From the IMG/VR virus record IMGVR_UViG_3300025195_000002: DNA of 64,000 nt, one strand, 5' to 3'. Shown one piece after another: positions 9,151-19,079 of this stretch. This DNA is from a virus. A program made the translations under genes and the position numbers. Numbering within the stretch: position 1 is the first letter of the stretch; every line of letters starts with the position of its first letter. The notes below the pieces were generated by a model. That model was not told the origin of the DNA and did not search any database. It worked only from the letters and a program-made list of their open reading frames with translations.

Positions 9151-9523
9151 TGTCGTTAGCTTTTCACTTTATGATAACACAACCATTGGTACCGTGTTTA
9201 CCCGTGTAAAACTATTAGGGGTGGTTGACTATGCAACAGCGGCCCAGACCATTGATCCTGTGGCATTACATGAGGATATTATCACTAACCTACCTGAAGG
9301 TAGTGTGGATGACCCAACGCAGTACAGTTATCTGAAGCTAGAGTTGGAGAATGGTGCGGTGACGTATGTTGGCATGCCATGGGTCGATGAGTCTACCTTA
9401 ACGAAGGTAGGGGAAAGTAAACTACAAGTAACCTTATCTAATGTGAATGTCGATGACGTACCTAACATCATCGCAGCATTAAACGCCAACGGTTTCAACG
9501 TAGAAAGTACAAAGGTCTTGTAA
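9113..9523 (+). CDS. Conserved Chimalliviridae beta-barrel protein (phiKZ gp49-like)
   Basis: Likely ATG 9113 after GGAG; ..DPTQYSYLKLELENGAVTYVGMPWV..; immediately precedes the polymerase gene as in phiKZ gp49-gp50. Confidence 0.65.
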   Translation: MQIYPSKDIALRDVVSFSLYDNTTIGTVFTRVKLLGVVDYATAAQTIDPVALHEDIITNLPEGSVDDPTQYSYLKLELENGAVTYVGMPWVDESTLTKVGESKLQVTLSNVNVDDVPNIIAALNANGFNVESTKVL

Positions 9524-9544
9524 ATAAAAACATTGTACTTATAA

Positions 9545-9552
9545 TATATTAT
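9545..9552 (+). promoter_or_regulatory. Early promoter-like motif TATATTAT
   Basis: Matches the TAYATTAY core, followed by GTAG as at other sites. Confidence 0.45.
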
Positions 9553-9703
9553 GTAGCGTTACCGAGTTTGAGACCCTCGGCGGCGTTCATGATCTTGAGC
9601 CAGAAGATCAATGAAGGTAGTCACGCACCTTCTTGTTATGTTGTCAAACGTAGTGGTTAACCCCTTCCATGTCTGCCTCTAGGCATGGAAGGGTTCTATG
9701 CCG
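9553..9703 (+). ncRNA. Candidate structured small RNA
   Basis: Lies between a promoter-like motif and a hairpin+TATGCCG element; several internal hairpins; no ORF with an RBS. Confidence 0.35.
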
Positions 9704-9712
9704 TTATTTTTT
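9659..9712 (+). terminator. Hairpin + TATGCCG + T-run
   Basis: AACCCCTTCCATG...CATGGAAGGGTT stem; TATGCCG at 9697-9703; then a T-run. Confidence 0.65.
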
Positions 9713-9775
9713 TGTTTTCAATTTTACAGTCCCCGGTTATATCATGAAGTGAAATTAAAATAAGTGAGCGTTGAC

Positions 9776-11911
9776 ATGGAAAACCCCTTCATTCTCCCAA
9801 CTGAAGAGTATGGTAGAGACCTTAATGTCCTAGAAAGATATTACCAGGATACTGCTCGTTATCTAGCATTAGAAACCGGCCGCTCTCATGATGAGTGCTA
9901 TCAGTGGGTTCGGGAAAAGACCCATCCTGAAACAGGCTCCATGCCTTTAAAAGATCCAAAGGTCCTTAGTCTTAAACGGGACCAACCAGGGATGCGTGAT
10001 AAATGGGAAACAACCTTCTTAGGCTACTTACAAAAGGTTAATAGTGAGAATTTAATTGTTAGCCCAACATTAGCAGCTTATCGCCATCCAGATAACAAAG
10101 AGTCTGTGTTGGCAAAATACATACGTAAAAACGTTGATAAGCGTAATGCTGTTAAAAAACAAAAGTTTAAAGCAAAGATGGCTGGTGATGATGCAGGTGC
10201 AACATTTTACGATATACTACAGTCTACCTTCAAGATTAAAAATAACTCAGTGAGTGGCGGGCATGCTTCCGCCTACACCCCACTATTTAATCGATCAACG
10301 CATTCTACATTAACATCAACCTGTCGGTCTGCAACAGGTTACGCTAATGCAAACAACGAACGGTTTCTATACGGTAATCGTCATTATTACGATGTCGATG
10401 TTGCTATACAAAACATTGTCTCTATCGTTAACAATAGCGACTATGGGATGATCTCTGATGCCATCGCCAAGTACGATCTACATATACCCACAGTAGAAGA
10501 AGTCTGTACGTCTATTAAATACTCAACGGACTTATATTGGCGTAACCTTAAATGGTCCAGTAGAATAGAGAGCTTGGTTAGTAAACTAAGTGACCTAGAA
10601 CGTGCTGCTTATGTCTATACCGGTAACTTTTATCATCTTCGTGAACTGAACCCACAATTTGTACGTCGGTTCTTAGATGATTTTACAACGTGTTCATCGA
10701 CAGGGATTGAAAACCCTGAAACAGTATTGAATGAAATGGACGGGGACCTTGAAGCATATATCGGTATCCTACACGCACCAGATCTTGAAAATAAACCTAT
10801 TTATGCTATTAAAGATGATAAACCTGATGTCTATGCTAGAATAGGTAGCTCAGTAAATAATGTCTTTAAGTTACTTGACCATTATAAGTTATTATTTAAA
10901 GCATTCTGGGTAACCCTTAACCCCCCGGCTTCTGTGGCAGTACTGCCTGATTCTATCAGGCGTGGTGTGCTAGTGTCGGATACTGACTCAACTATCTTTA
11001 CTGTTCAGGAGTGGACAAGTTGGTATAAAGAGGGTCAGATTGACTTTGATCCAAAGACTACTAGTGTATGGGCTTTTGTGGTTTACCTTGCCCAGATGAC
11101 TACCATGCACTTGCTTGCATTGTTATCATCTAACATGGGTGTGGCTAAAGGGGACCTGTATAAGTTGTCTATGAAAAATGAGTATATGATGCCAACGTTG
11201 TCCTTAACAAGTAGGGCAAAGCACTATGCGTATTATATCAGTGCTCAGGAAGGTAATGTATATAAGAAACTAGTAACCGACATTAAAGGCGTTGAACTTA
11301 AATCAACTAAAGCCCCTAAAGAGATTATTGAGAAACTTCATCGCTTTATTATGAAGCCAATGGACTTAGTCATGGCTGGTAAAAAGATTTCTATTAAAGC
11401 ACTTATGCAGGAAGTCGCAGACCAGGAGCATGTCATCCTTAATAATCTCAGACAAGGTCAAGTTGACTACCTAACCACTGCCGGTATAAAGAGTGCTGAT
11501 GCGTATGCTAACCCTCAGGCATCAAACTACATCTATTACGATTTCTGGAATAGTGTATTTGGTCCTAAGTATGGTGAGGCACCGCCACCACCTTATGGGG
11601 TGATTAAAGTATCACTGACAACTACCTCGATGACGCGCGTAAAGGCGTGGGTGGCAGCAATTGAAGATAAGGACCTGGCCGCTAGATTAGAGGACTGGTT
11701 GATTAAGAACAACAAGATGTCTGGTGTTGCTCAATTTTTAATACCTGCAGATGTAATTACCGCTAAGGGTATGCCGCAAGAGATCATACAGGCCATAGAT
11801 GAGAGAAAAATTGTCTTTACTACTATGGCTCCGTTTTATCTTGTATTGGAAACCTATGGCGTGTATATGAAAGATAAAAACATCACCAAGTTAGTAAGTG
11901 ATATAATGTAA
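9776..11911 (+). CDS. Split family-B DNA polymerase, polymerase (fingers/palm/thumb) subunit (phiKZ gp50-like)
   Basis: Motif-B-like KIKNNSVSG, motif C VSDTDS, and downstream AKHYA and DIKGVELK. Start may be GTG 9764 or ATG 9776. Confidence 0.85.
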   Translation: MENPFILPTEEYGRDLNVLERYYQDTARYLALETGRSHDECYQWVREKTHPETGSMPLKDPKVLSLKRDQPGMRDKWETTFLGYLQKVNSENLIVSPTLAAYRHPDNKESVLAKYIRKNVDKRNAVKKQKFKAKMAGDDAGATFYDILQSTFKIKNNSVSGGHASAYTPLFNRSTHSTLTSTCRSATGYANANNERFLYGNRHYYDVDVAIQNIVSIVNNSDYGMISDAIAKYDLHIPTVEEVCTSIKYSTDLYWRNLKWSSRIESLVSKLSDLERAAYVYTGNFYHLRELNPQFVRRFLDDFTTCSSTGIENPETVLNEMDGDLEAYIGILHAPDLENKPIYAIKDDKPDVYARIGSSVNNVFKLLDHYKLLFKAFWVTLNPPASVAVLPDSIRRGVLVSDTDSTIFTVQEWTSWYKEGQIDFDPKTTSVWAFVVYLAQMTTMHLLALLSSNMGVAKGDLYKLSMKNEYMMPTLSLTSRAKHYAYYISAQEGNVYKKLVTDIKGVELKSTKAPKEIIEKLHRFIMKPMDLVMAGKKISIKALMQEVADQEHVILNNLRQGQVDYLTTAGIKSADAYANPQASNYIYYDFWNSVFGPKYGEAPPPPYGVIKVSLTTTSMTRVKAWVAAIEDKDLAARLEDWLIKNNKMSGVAQFLIPADVITAKGMPQEIIQAIDERKIVFTTMAPFYLVLETYGVYMKDKNITKLVSDIM

Positions 11912-11919
11912 GGTGAACT

Positions 11920-12312
11920 ATGACTACTAATTATTTAAAGTACCCTACCCATCGAAAGGTAGATAAAATAGAGACGGTAATAAAAAAATTCAATGTTGGA
12001 GACCGTGTAGTAGCAATGGTTGATATTGCCGATACGGAGTTTGGAATGCCGTATGCTAAGGTAGGTGATGTCTTACGTATACTTGATATTAGGGGGTCAG
12101 GGAAGATAAACCCAATAGTAGTGTGTCATGAGTTAGGTGTAGATGAAATTAACACACCGCTTATGGCACCTGATGATCTTGACGGGAAGTCGTTAAAGGA
12201 CCTAGCCTTCTTTGTGAATGAGCGTGAGATTAAAAAAACAGTGTCTAATCCGTTTATGGATCGATTCCCGTTAAAGGGAGACCGTTACGTAGACCCATCA
12301 AAACGAAAGTAG
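11920..12312 (+). CDS. Hypothetical protein, possible SH3/KOW-like fold
   Basis: FNVGDRVVAMVD..AKVGDVLRILD pattern; AAGGTG RBS. Confidence 0.6.
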   Translation: MTTNYLKYPTHRKVDKIETVIKKFNVGDRVVAMVDIADTEFGMPYAKVGDVLRILDIRGSGKINPIVVCHELGVDEINTPLMAPDDLDGKSLKDLAFFVNEREIKKTVSNPFMDRFPLKGDRYVDPSKRK

Positions 12313-12320
12313 TATAATGA

Positions 12321-12370
12321 CAGCATAAGTAGGAAGATCTAGCAGTTACGCTAGATCTTCCTGTATGCCG
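12321..12370. terminator. Bidirectional CAGCATA-hairpin-TATGCCG element
   Basis: 13-bp stem AGGAAGATCTAGC/GCTAGATCTTCCT between convergent genes; TATGCCG abuts the minus-strand stop at 12371. Confidence 0.75.
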
Positions 12371-13459
12371 TTATAAGAGGAGCTTAAGACCTTCCAACTC
12401 AATCTCTAAGAGATCGCGTAAGATGCCGTGAGGGGCCGTCTTGGACGCCTTGTCGCTACGTGCGCGCCTTAACTCACGATTAAGTGCATTTTCAAAGTCT
12501 CTATCTTGACCTTGATTGGTAGTTAGATACCACGACACCGCATGTTTAATCCAAGGTAACCAGACTAACCAGAGGATCCAGCTAATCTGCCGCGTCCCAA
12601 CTAGTTTATTAAAAGGCAGACTGTCTCGCAATGATTGATCCAAACGCAACGGGATATTATCTAATACGTCATCTATCGATGAGTTTGCTTTTAATAAATC
12701 TACCACAATATCCGGGTACTCCTTGTCAACGCTATTTTCATAATTAGGCAGTGCAAGGATTGGTCGAAGTATAGATTCGGTCTGTGGCTCATCACGATAT
12801 ATACGTAGATAGCGGTTAAATAAACTAATGGTTAATTGACTATCTAACATATTAGCTAATACGTATTGGTAGACGAACTGACCTGTCGAACCTTGTTCTT
12901 CTATAGGTTTACGAGATTCTATCTCAGCCCATGTCTTGTATTGAACAGCAAGTAGTGGTATATCAACCATTATCACGGAATACCCTACGTCACTGTTTTG
13001 TTCTTGTCCATCAGGAAGGTTCAAGTTTAAGTCACTATTAGGATGATATAAGACACGTAATGCGTTAGTCTCTGACCAACTACTTAATAACCCTTCAGCT
13101 GTCCACGAAGGTCTAGTTAGTGTACCAGAGACAACAATGTCAGCAACGTTACCACCGTAAAATTCCCCTTCTAATGCAGGGTAGGTATTTATCTCGGTAC
13201 TAATACGTTGACCATGTGCTACTTCAGCCGCTACATCTTCTATATAGTCGTAATAACGCATCATGTTCATGGCGTTCATGGGTGGAAGGCTATCTAGGAG
13301 TTTAATAATCGGATGCGTGTCTTTCAAACGTCTAGGTGAACTTACTGCCTTGGCTTTAACTCGCTCTAAGGCTTTTTCTAATCCACGCTGAGCTTGGAAT
13401 AGACCCGCAAACACTCGTTGGTTGCGGTTTGGAGATTGTTGAGTAAAAAGCCGTTGCAT
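12371..13459 (-). CDS. Conserved phiKZ-like protein, probably virion structural (gp52-like)
   Basis: 362 aa; divergent from chimallin; preceded by TATAGTATGAC. Assignment by synteny. Confidence 0.65.
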   Translation of the reverse strand: MQRLFTQQSPNRNQRVFAGLFQAQRGLEKALERVKAKAVSSPRRLKDTHPIIKLLDSLPPMNAMNMMRYYDYIEDVAAEVAHGQRISTEINTYPALEGEFYGGNVADIVVSGTLTRPSWTAEGLLSSWSETNALRVLYHPNSDLNLNLPDGQEQNSDVGYSVIMVDIPLLAVQYKTWAEIESRKPIEEQGSTGQFVYQYVLANMLDSQLTISLFNRYLRIYRDEPQTESILRPILALPNYENSVDKEYPDIVVDLLKANSSIDDVLDNIPLRLDQSLRDSLPFNKLVGTRQISWILWLVWLPWIKHAVSWYLTTNQGQDRDFENALNRELRRARSDKASKTAPHGILRDLLEIELEGLKLLL

Positions 13460-13507
13460 GAGTCACCTGTGGTTAAGTGAAGTGATGTAAAGTTTTAATG
13501 TTTTAGA

Positions 13508-13518
13508 GTCATACTATA
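13508..13518 (-). promoter_or_regulatory. Candidate late promoter TATAGTATGAC
   Basis: TATG motif; the identical 11-mer occurs at 22583-22593 on the plus strand. Confidence 0.45.
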
Positions 13519-13599
13519 GAGACAGACCGCTGTCAGTGTATCTATACAGTGTATAGGTGCATAAGCTGTGTCCCTCTGTGAGGCGATTCAACCTATTTA

Positions 13600-13613
13600 A
13601 ACACCTATATCAT
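13600..13613 (+). promoter_or_regulatory. Early promoter-like motif AACACCTATATCAT upstream of chimallin
   Basis: Variant of RACACCTAYATTAY, about 80 nt before the chmA start. Confidence 0.55.
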
Positions 13614-13690
13614 TTTAGTGATCTATCTAGGAATGGATAGATAATTAGCTAATTTTAAAAGTTTGACAACATAATAAAAGGTATACCATT

Positions 13691-15562
13691 ATGGCTGTAA
13701 ATAAAGATAAGCCCTCCGCTACTAACCCAGCAATGGCCGATGCAATGAAAGATGCTTCTGCTACATCAAAGGCAAGTAGCGAAACCCCCCAACAACAACC
13801 ACGAGGAAGAAAAGTGGAAGGTCCAAAAACTTTAGCTGGTCTGAATTCGATTTTCAGCAACCCAATGTCACGAAGCACTGCAGGCGAAGTGACCGGTGAA
13901 CTTACTCAAGTGTTCCGTAAGATTCTTTCTAATGAGCGTAACAGCGTCCTTGAAAAAGTAACTATCGAACCAATGGACGGCGACAGCCACTCTCTGGCAT
14001 TGTCGGTTATCGTTATCCAATTCCCATTCGAAGAAAATGTAGCATGCTACTCATTCATCGTTGAAGGTTCAGGTGACGGCCTGGCAGACCGCGTACCAAA
14101 TATTGGCGGTCAGCAAGTAAATATCAAAACCGTTGCTGGTGATGTTTACGATGACAACATGTGGGAACAAGTGCACATGTACCTGCGTAGTAAGTACGGT
14201 TCAAACCGCAACTACATTGATGTTGGTGCAAATGTGATTCCTCGCGGCACAACCGCAGAAAACGAAAAAGAAATTCGTAACCTTCTTTACTTCGGTATCA
14301 CTGCCTGTGCTACAACCCTGCAAACAGTAGCAGGTGACGGTAGTAACAAAATCAGTGTTAGCGATATTAATACCGGTGACGTTCTGGCAGCGCAACTGCG
14401 TTATAAGCCAGGTGATACGCAAACTGCAGCAGGTCAAACGGTACGTTCTGATCTATCTATCGCATTGCGCGGTATCATGCAAACCGGCGAAGCGGTATCA
14501 GCTAAGCAAACCATTCCATTGACTACAGTTGATGGTTTCATGGATTTGACTTACGTGCCACGTCAACAACAGCAAATGGCATACGGTCAACCCGTAGATC
14601 ATCGTCAATACGTACCACGTTTTGTAATGACCAGTGTTGCATCAGGTCTGAGCATTAACACGTTAGAACTGGCGCTGCTAGGTCTGTCAACTTCACTGCT
14701 GACTGCTCAGCACCATGCCTGGGTTAAATGCTTTAAGCCAGTATACGGCGCTAACAAAAATGATATCCACGATATCGGTGCGTTAGGGTTTGAAGTAGAT
14801 TTTGCCAATAATGGTGAATTCGGCCGCATTGCAACAAAGAGCGATTCATTCGGCGATCAAAGTCTGTTTGAATTGGTACAACGCAGCATGTACAACGAAG
14901 TATTGTTCTCATGGGACATCGTTGAATCTGGCGATCTGAGCTGGTTACATGAAACGTTCCTGGCTGCTGCTGTAGGTAACCCAAAAGCAATCAACGCAGT
15001 ATTCTCTGCAGCTGATACGCTGACTAACGGTGCCTTTAGCCGTAACTACGACGGCGCTCCACCATTAATGAGTGAAGTGACTCGTGTACATCTGGGCACT
15101 TACCTGGATGAGAACAACACTCCACGCGATATCCGTGACCTGGACTACCTAGCGATGTTAAACATCTATGGTGATAAAGACCTGTCATTGGTTGAAGCGT
15201 TTGGTAACACGTACGACCAGGTAGATCGTCCTCAAGAACTACGTCTGGCTGAACGTGCGAAGATCATCGAAGCAACATTAGGTGATACTACAACCATTAC
15301 TGGTTACGCACGTCGTGTTACTTTCAATCCTAAGTTCATCGAAGCGCTGGCTGCCGCTTGTGCAGAAGCTGGACTTAAGATCCGCCCAGAGGGTATTTAC
15401 GGTAACGACATGGGTGCCATCCGTGGTAACACGTCTGCTGTGGGTATGGGTATTAGTCAAAATGCCGGTGGTGCTGTCTTCCAACAAGGTGGCGGTAACA
15501 ACTGGGGTGGTTCTGGCATGGGTTACGGTGCACGTAATTCAGGTGGTGTTTGGAACCGCTAA
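13691..15562 (+). CDS. chmA: Chimallin, major phage nuclear shell protein
   Basis: 623 aa; disordered N-terminus; IHDIGALG, RDIRDLDYLAMLN and TITGYARRVTFNPKFIEALAAACAEAGLKI match recalled 201phi2-1 gp105/phiKZ gp54 segments; lies before nvRNAP beta'. Confidence 0.92.
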   Translation: MAVNKDKPSATNPAMADAMKDASATSKASSETPQQQPRGRKVEGPKTLAGLNSIFSNPMSRSTAGEVTGELTQVFRKILSNERNSVLEKVTIEPMDGDSHSLALSVIVIQFPFEENVACYSFIVEGSGDGLADRVPNIGGQQVNIKTVAGDVYDDNMWEQVHMYLRSKYGSNRNYIDVGANVIPRGTTAENEKEIRNLLYFGITACATTLQTVAGDGSNKISVSDINTGDVLAAQLRYKPGDTQTAAGQTVRSDLSIALRGIMQTGEAVSAKQTIPLTTVDGFMDLTYVPRQQQQMAYGQPVDHRQYVPRFVMTSVASGLSINTLELALLGLSTSLLTAQHHAWVKCFKPVYGANKNDIHDIGALGFEVDFANNGEFGRIATKSDSFGDQSLFELVQRSMYNEVLFSWDIVESGDLSWLHETFLAAAVGNPKAINAVFSAADTLTNGAFSRNYDGAPPLMSEVTRVHLGTYLDENNTPRDIRDLDYLAMLNIYGDKDLSLVEAFGNTYDQVDRPQELRLAERAKIIEATLGDTTTITGYARRVTFNPKFIEALAAACAEAGLKIRPEGIYGNDMGAIRGNTSAVGMGISQNAGGAVFQQGGGNNWGGSGMGYGARNSGGVWNR

Positions 15563-15583
15563 TCTAAAATTAGCTAAAGTAAT

Positions 15584-15624
15584 AAGAAAGGGGGCCTTCG
15601 GGCTTCCCTTTCTTTTTTATGCCC
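15584..15624 (+). terminator. Intrinsic terminator ending in TATGCCC
   Basis: AAGAAAGGG...CCCTTTCTT stem with a CTTCGG loop region, T-run, then TATGCCC. Confidence 0.75.
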
Positions 15625-15651
15625 TTTAATAGAATAAAGAAGGATTTTACA

Positions 15652-16170
15652 TTGAGTAGAGAAAAGTTAACACCTGTCTACATTAGTCAAGTATATAGCG
15701 ATGATGATATTCGAGCCATTGAACAACAATGTGGCGTTGAACTTCGTCCAGTTCGAGGGTTTAAAGATGCATGGGTATCACGATGTGGTAAAGTGTTGAA
15801 GTGCCATTATCCTTTAAACGGTGATATCGTATACTATTTTGGTAAGCTTACAACCCGTCGTACCGACACAAGTAAAGTGGTTATACTTAAAGGAGTAGAT
15901 AGAGACTACACTAAAACGGTACCTTTACTAGTAGCTGGTGCGTTCTTAGATACCCCTGATCACGTTGACCGGTATCGTCTAGTTAATCAAGATGGTGATT
16001 TTACTAACAACCATGCTGATAATCTAAAATGGGAACCTAACCTTACTACTTTTCGTAAGTACATCGAGGTGACTGATACTCGAACGGGTGAAGTAATGAA
16101 GTTTATTACTAAGAAAGATTTTCAAAGTTGGGTAGATAAAACCTTCACGATTAAGCGTGTTTCAAGTTAG
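15652..16170 (+). CDS. Degenerate HNH-like protein (probably nuclease-dead)
   Basis: VPLLVAGAF..LVNQDGDFTNNHADNLKW resembles VHRLVAxAF..VNHxDGxxxNNxxxNLEW without the key His residues. Likely TTG start at 15652 after AAGGA. Confidence 0.6.
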   Translation: MSREKLTPVYISQVYSDDDIRAIEQQCGVELRPVRGFKDAWVSRCGKVLKCHYPLNGDIVYYFGKLTTRRTDTSKVVILKGVDRDYTKTVPLLVAGAFLDTPDHVDRYRLVNQDGDFTNNHADNLKWEPNLTTFRKYIEVTDTRTGEVMKFITKKDFQSWVDKTFTIKRVSS

Positions 16171-16217
16171 AGATTACAGAGACCCTATAAGTTATGGCTA
16201 TGGAATAAACCTATCTT

Positions 16218-16231
16218 AACACCTACATTAC
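16218..16231 (+). promoter_or_regulatory. Early promoter-like motif AACACCTACATTAC
   Basis: Exact motif upstream of the nvRNAP beta' gene. Confidence 0.65.
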
Positions 16232-16278
16232 TTAGTAGACCTGCCCTTGTAAAAACAATAAACCTTTAAGGATTCATT

Positions 16279-17631
16279 ATGGAAGCACAAGTTAGCGTGG
16301 ATATTGATCAAATACAAAATCCAGATAACTGGCAACATGACGCTAATAATCAAAGCGGCGTATACTTGGCACTCGTTGATCTAGATAAAGCATTTAACAA
16401 TCTAGCCAACCCGCCTGTTATTGCCAATGATGTAGACACCCTATCCCAAGAAGACAAGCAGAAGTTTAACGATCTGCTATCAACGCGTTATGAAGGTGAT
16501 TCACTATCTATCGTTCCTTCATGCGACTGTGGTGTCTTATCCGGTGGATATAATCTCGGTAAGGTCTGTAATGTCTGTTATACCGAGGTTCAGCAATCTA
16601 CAGAGAAACGTATCGAATCGACGCTATGGTTACGGGTACCTGATGGCGTCCATGGGTTTATTAACCCGACCGTGTGGATGATGTTTGAGCGGTATTTTTC
16701 TAGTAAACAACTTTGTTTAGTAGAGTGGTTATGTAACCCTAACCTTCGCTATGACAATGAGAAAAACGAATCCCTGAACCGATTGAAACGTTACGAGTTT
16801 AAACGAGGTTATAATAACTTCATTGAAAACTTCGATGCAATCATGAATGCGTTGTATGGGATCTTTGCTATCCACAAGCGCCTTGAGATACAGCACCTTA
16901 AATATACACTAAAGAAATACCGTCATTGTATCTTTAGTCAGTATCTACCAGTACCCTCAAAGGTCGCCTTTGTTACGGAGAAGAATGATTCTACCATCAC
17001 ATCGGATACTTCGACTTCTTTAGCGTTAGATGCAGTATACACCATGTCATCTATTCGCCAGGCATTGAAACCGCTACGTCCACGTCAGTTAGAGAATCGT
17101 GCTTTGAAGTGTGTTAAACAGCTCTCTGTCTATTACGATGAGACCTATAAAACACGTATTGCTTCTAAAGATGGCTTCATTCGTAAACACATGATCTCTG
17201 GTCGTCTACACTACACAGCACGAGCAGTTATTGTGTCACGCAGTGATAGACATGAATACGATGAACTTCATCTACCATGGGGGCTATCTGTAGGGCTTTT
17301 AAAGAATCATCTAACCAGTAAATTGCTTAGACGAGGCTTTACGCCACGTGGTGCCTCAGCACTTATCCAAGAACACGTTAGTAAGTACCACCCACTTATT
17401 GACACCCTCTTAGAAGAGCTGATTGATGAAGCCCCTGATATTAGCGAATACGCCGAACATGGATTGACCGCCCCTAAGACCAGAGGGTTACTGGTTGCCA
17501 TCCAGCGTAACCCGTCATTGCATCGTCTCTCTAAACAGCTGATGCGTGTCACTAAGATAATCAAGGATCCAAATATACAAACTATTTCAATGTCCGTGCT
17601 CAGCCTATCTGGCCCGAATGCTGACTTCGAT
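16279..17631 (+). CDS. Non-virion RNAP beta' N-terminal subunit, exon 1 (phiKZ gp55-like)
   Basis: Zn-binding CDCG..CNVC; GRLHYTARAVI; QRNPSL; ends in GPNADFD, the first five residues of NADFDGD. Confidence 0.93.
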
Positions 17632-19079
17632 TATTGTATAATTGTCGAAGTAAAACTTCTCTAATTGCGGGAACACCCTTAGAGTCTTATAGTACCCCTT
17701 AGCCACCGAAAGGTAGGTTAATACCTGCTCCAGTAATGGAAGTAGCAGGCAAGGTAAAAACCTATAGGAATTGGGTAATCGTCGCATCAAAGCTCCTTAG
17801 CATGTAATGATGATGGAGTGTGATCAACGACTATCGAAAACGTCAATGTAATTGGCAGTGAGTAGAGTAGGGCCCAAGCGGGTAGGTATTAGCCTTTAAA
17901 TCGAAACGGGAAGCTCTTACATGTTGTAAGGGAAGATATAGTCTCGACCGGTATGAAAGTATCGGAACTGGTACATCTGGACAATGTACTGGGGTAGAGG
18001 TAGCGTTCTACTTAGATATAATACTAAATTAATGTAAAGGGTGTATTATGAAATTACCAATACCTAATCACCCTGGGTTCTCAGCGTGTGATGATGGCTT
18101 TATTTATAAAGACTCTAGTAGATTAACCACCTACGAGGATAAAAACGGCTACTTACGCGTGCTGATAACTGATTCAAAAGGTATATCGTCAACTAAAGGC
18201 ATTCACCGTTTAGTAGCTATGACATTTCACAAACATCGAGATAAAAATCGAACGTATGTAAACCATAGAATTAAAGATAAGAAAGATAACAGACCATGTA
18301 ATGTCGAGTGGGTAAGTGCAGAGGAGAACAACATCCACGACAGCGTTACTACGTTAAATCCAAAAAGACCCAGAGTCATTGTTGAACAGGGAAGTAAGTC
18401 ATGGATGGAAGATAACATATATACAGCTGAAAAGTCTACTGGTGTTGACGCATTAAAGATTTGGGACTGTATTAAAGATGGTGTCGAGCATGGTCAGTAT
18501 AAATTTAGACATCAGCGTGTTAAATCATCTTTGCCTGATGAATTTAGAAAGCCAACAGGGATGGTTAAAGGTCATAATGGACTTACTGCCAGGCCAATCA
18601 AGTTACTGTGTGTTAAGACGAAAAAGGTATTAAGGTTCAATAGCTTTAATGAAGCTGCTAGTCACTTTAACACTAACGCGTCACATGTAATTCAAGGTAT
18701 AAGCTCAGATGGTTCTAGATCGTTTAAGCGCCAATACCTAGTGGCCTATGAGGAAGACCCGTTTCCTGAGATTACAGACAGCCGCAGAGACGCTATACTG
18801 TCTGGTGATGCTTTTGAGGTTTTAGCCTATAACAAAACTGAGAATCTTTTCTACATCTATTCCAGTGCATCACAATTCTATTCTAAGAATGGGTTATCTA
18901 AGAAAGCAGTATCTACAAGACTAAAGAAAGGTAAGATAGGTCCAGTTGGTTGCTGGTACTTTACTTACATTAGTAATAAAGAAAACGTTGCTGAAATACG
19001 CAACATGTTAAAACAGCAGAGTCCAGTCTGCTAGTATTATATCGAGAAAATCTAACTATGTTAGACGGAATGTGCATCG
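17632..19079 (+). mobile_element. Group I self-splicing intron with HNH ORF
   Basis: P1: exon ACTTCGAT pairs with GTCGAAGT (17644-17651) with a U.G pair at the splice site. P4-like AATTGCGGGAA (17663-17673); P3 CTTCTC/GGGAAG; R element TCAACGACTA (17824-17833); S element AAGATATAGTC (17933-17943); GAAA-capped P9; terminal G at 19079. Confidence 0.92.
18048..19034 (+). CDS. Intron-encoded HNH homing endonuclease (I-HmuI-like, NUMOD-type C-terminal repeats)
   Basis: IHRLVAMTF..YVNHRIKDKKDNRPCNVEWVSAEENNIH; lies inside the intron after P9. Confidence 0.9.
   Translation: MKLPIPNHPGFSACDDGFIYKDSSRLTTYEDKNGYLRVLITDSKGISSTKGIHRLVAMTFHKHRDKNRTYVNHRIKDKKDNRPCNVEWVSAEENNIHDSVTTLNPKRPRVIVEQGSKSWMEDNIYTAEKSTGVDALKIWDCIKDGVEHGQYKFRHQRVKSSLPDEFRKPTGMVKGHNGLTARPIKLLCVKTKKVLRFNSFNEAASHFNTNASHVIQGISSDGSRSFKRQYLVAYEEDPFPEITDSRRDAILSGDAFEVLAYNKTENLFYIYSSASQFYSKNGLSKKAVSTRLKKGKIGPVGCWYFTYISNKENVAEIRNMLKQQSPVC

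Noticed and set aside
16279-17664. ORF-track call of a complete 461-aa beta' subunit
   Set aside because: The last 10 codons are intron sequence. The real gene is spliced (16279-17631 + 19080-19268).
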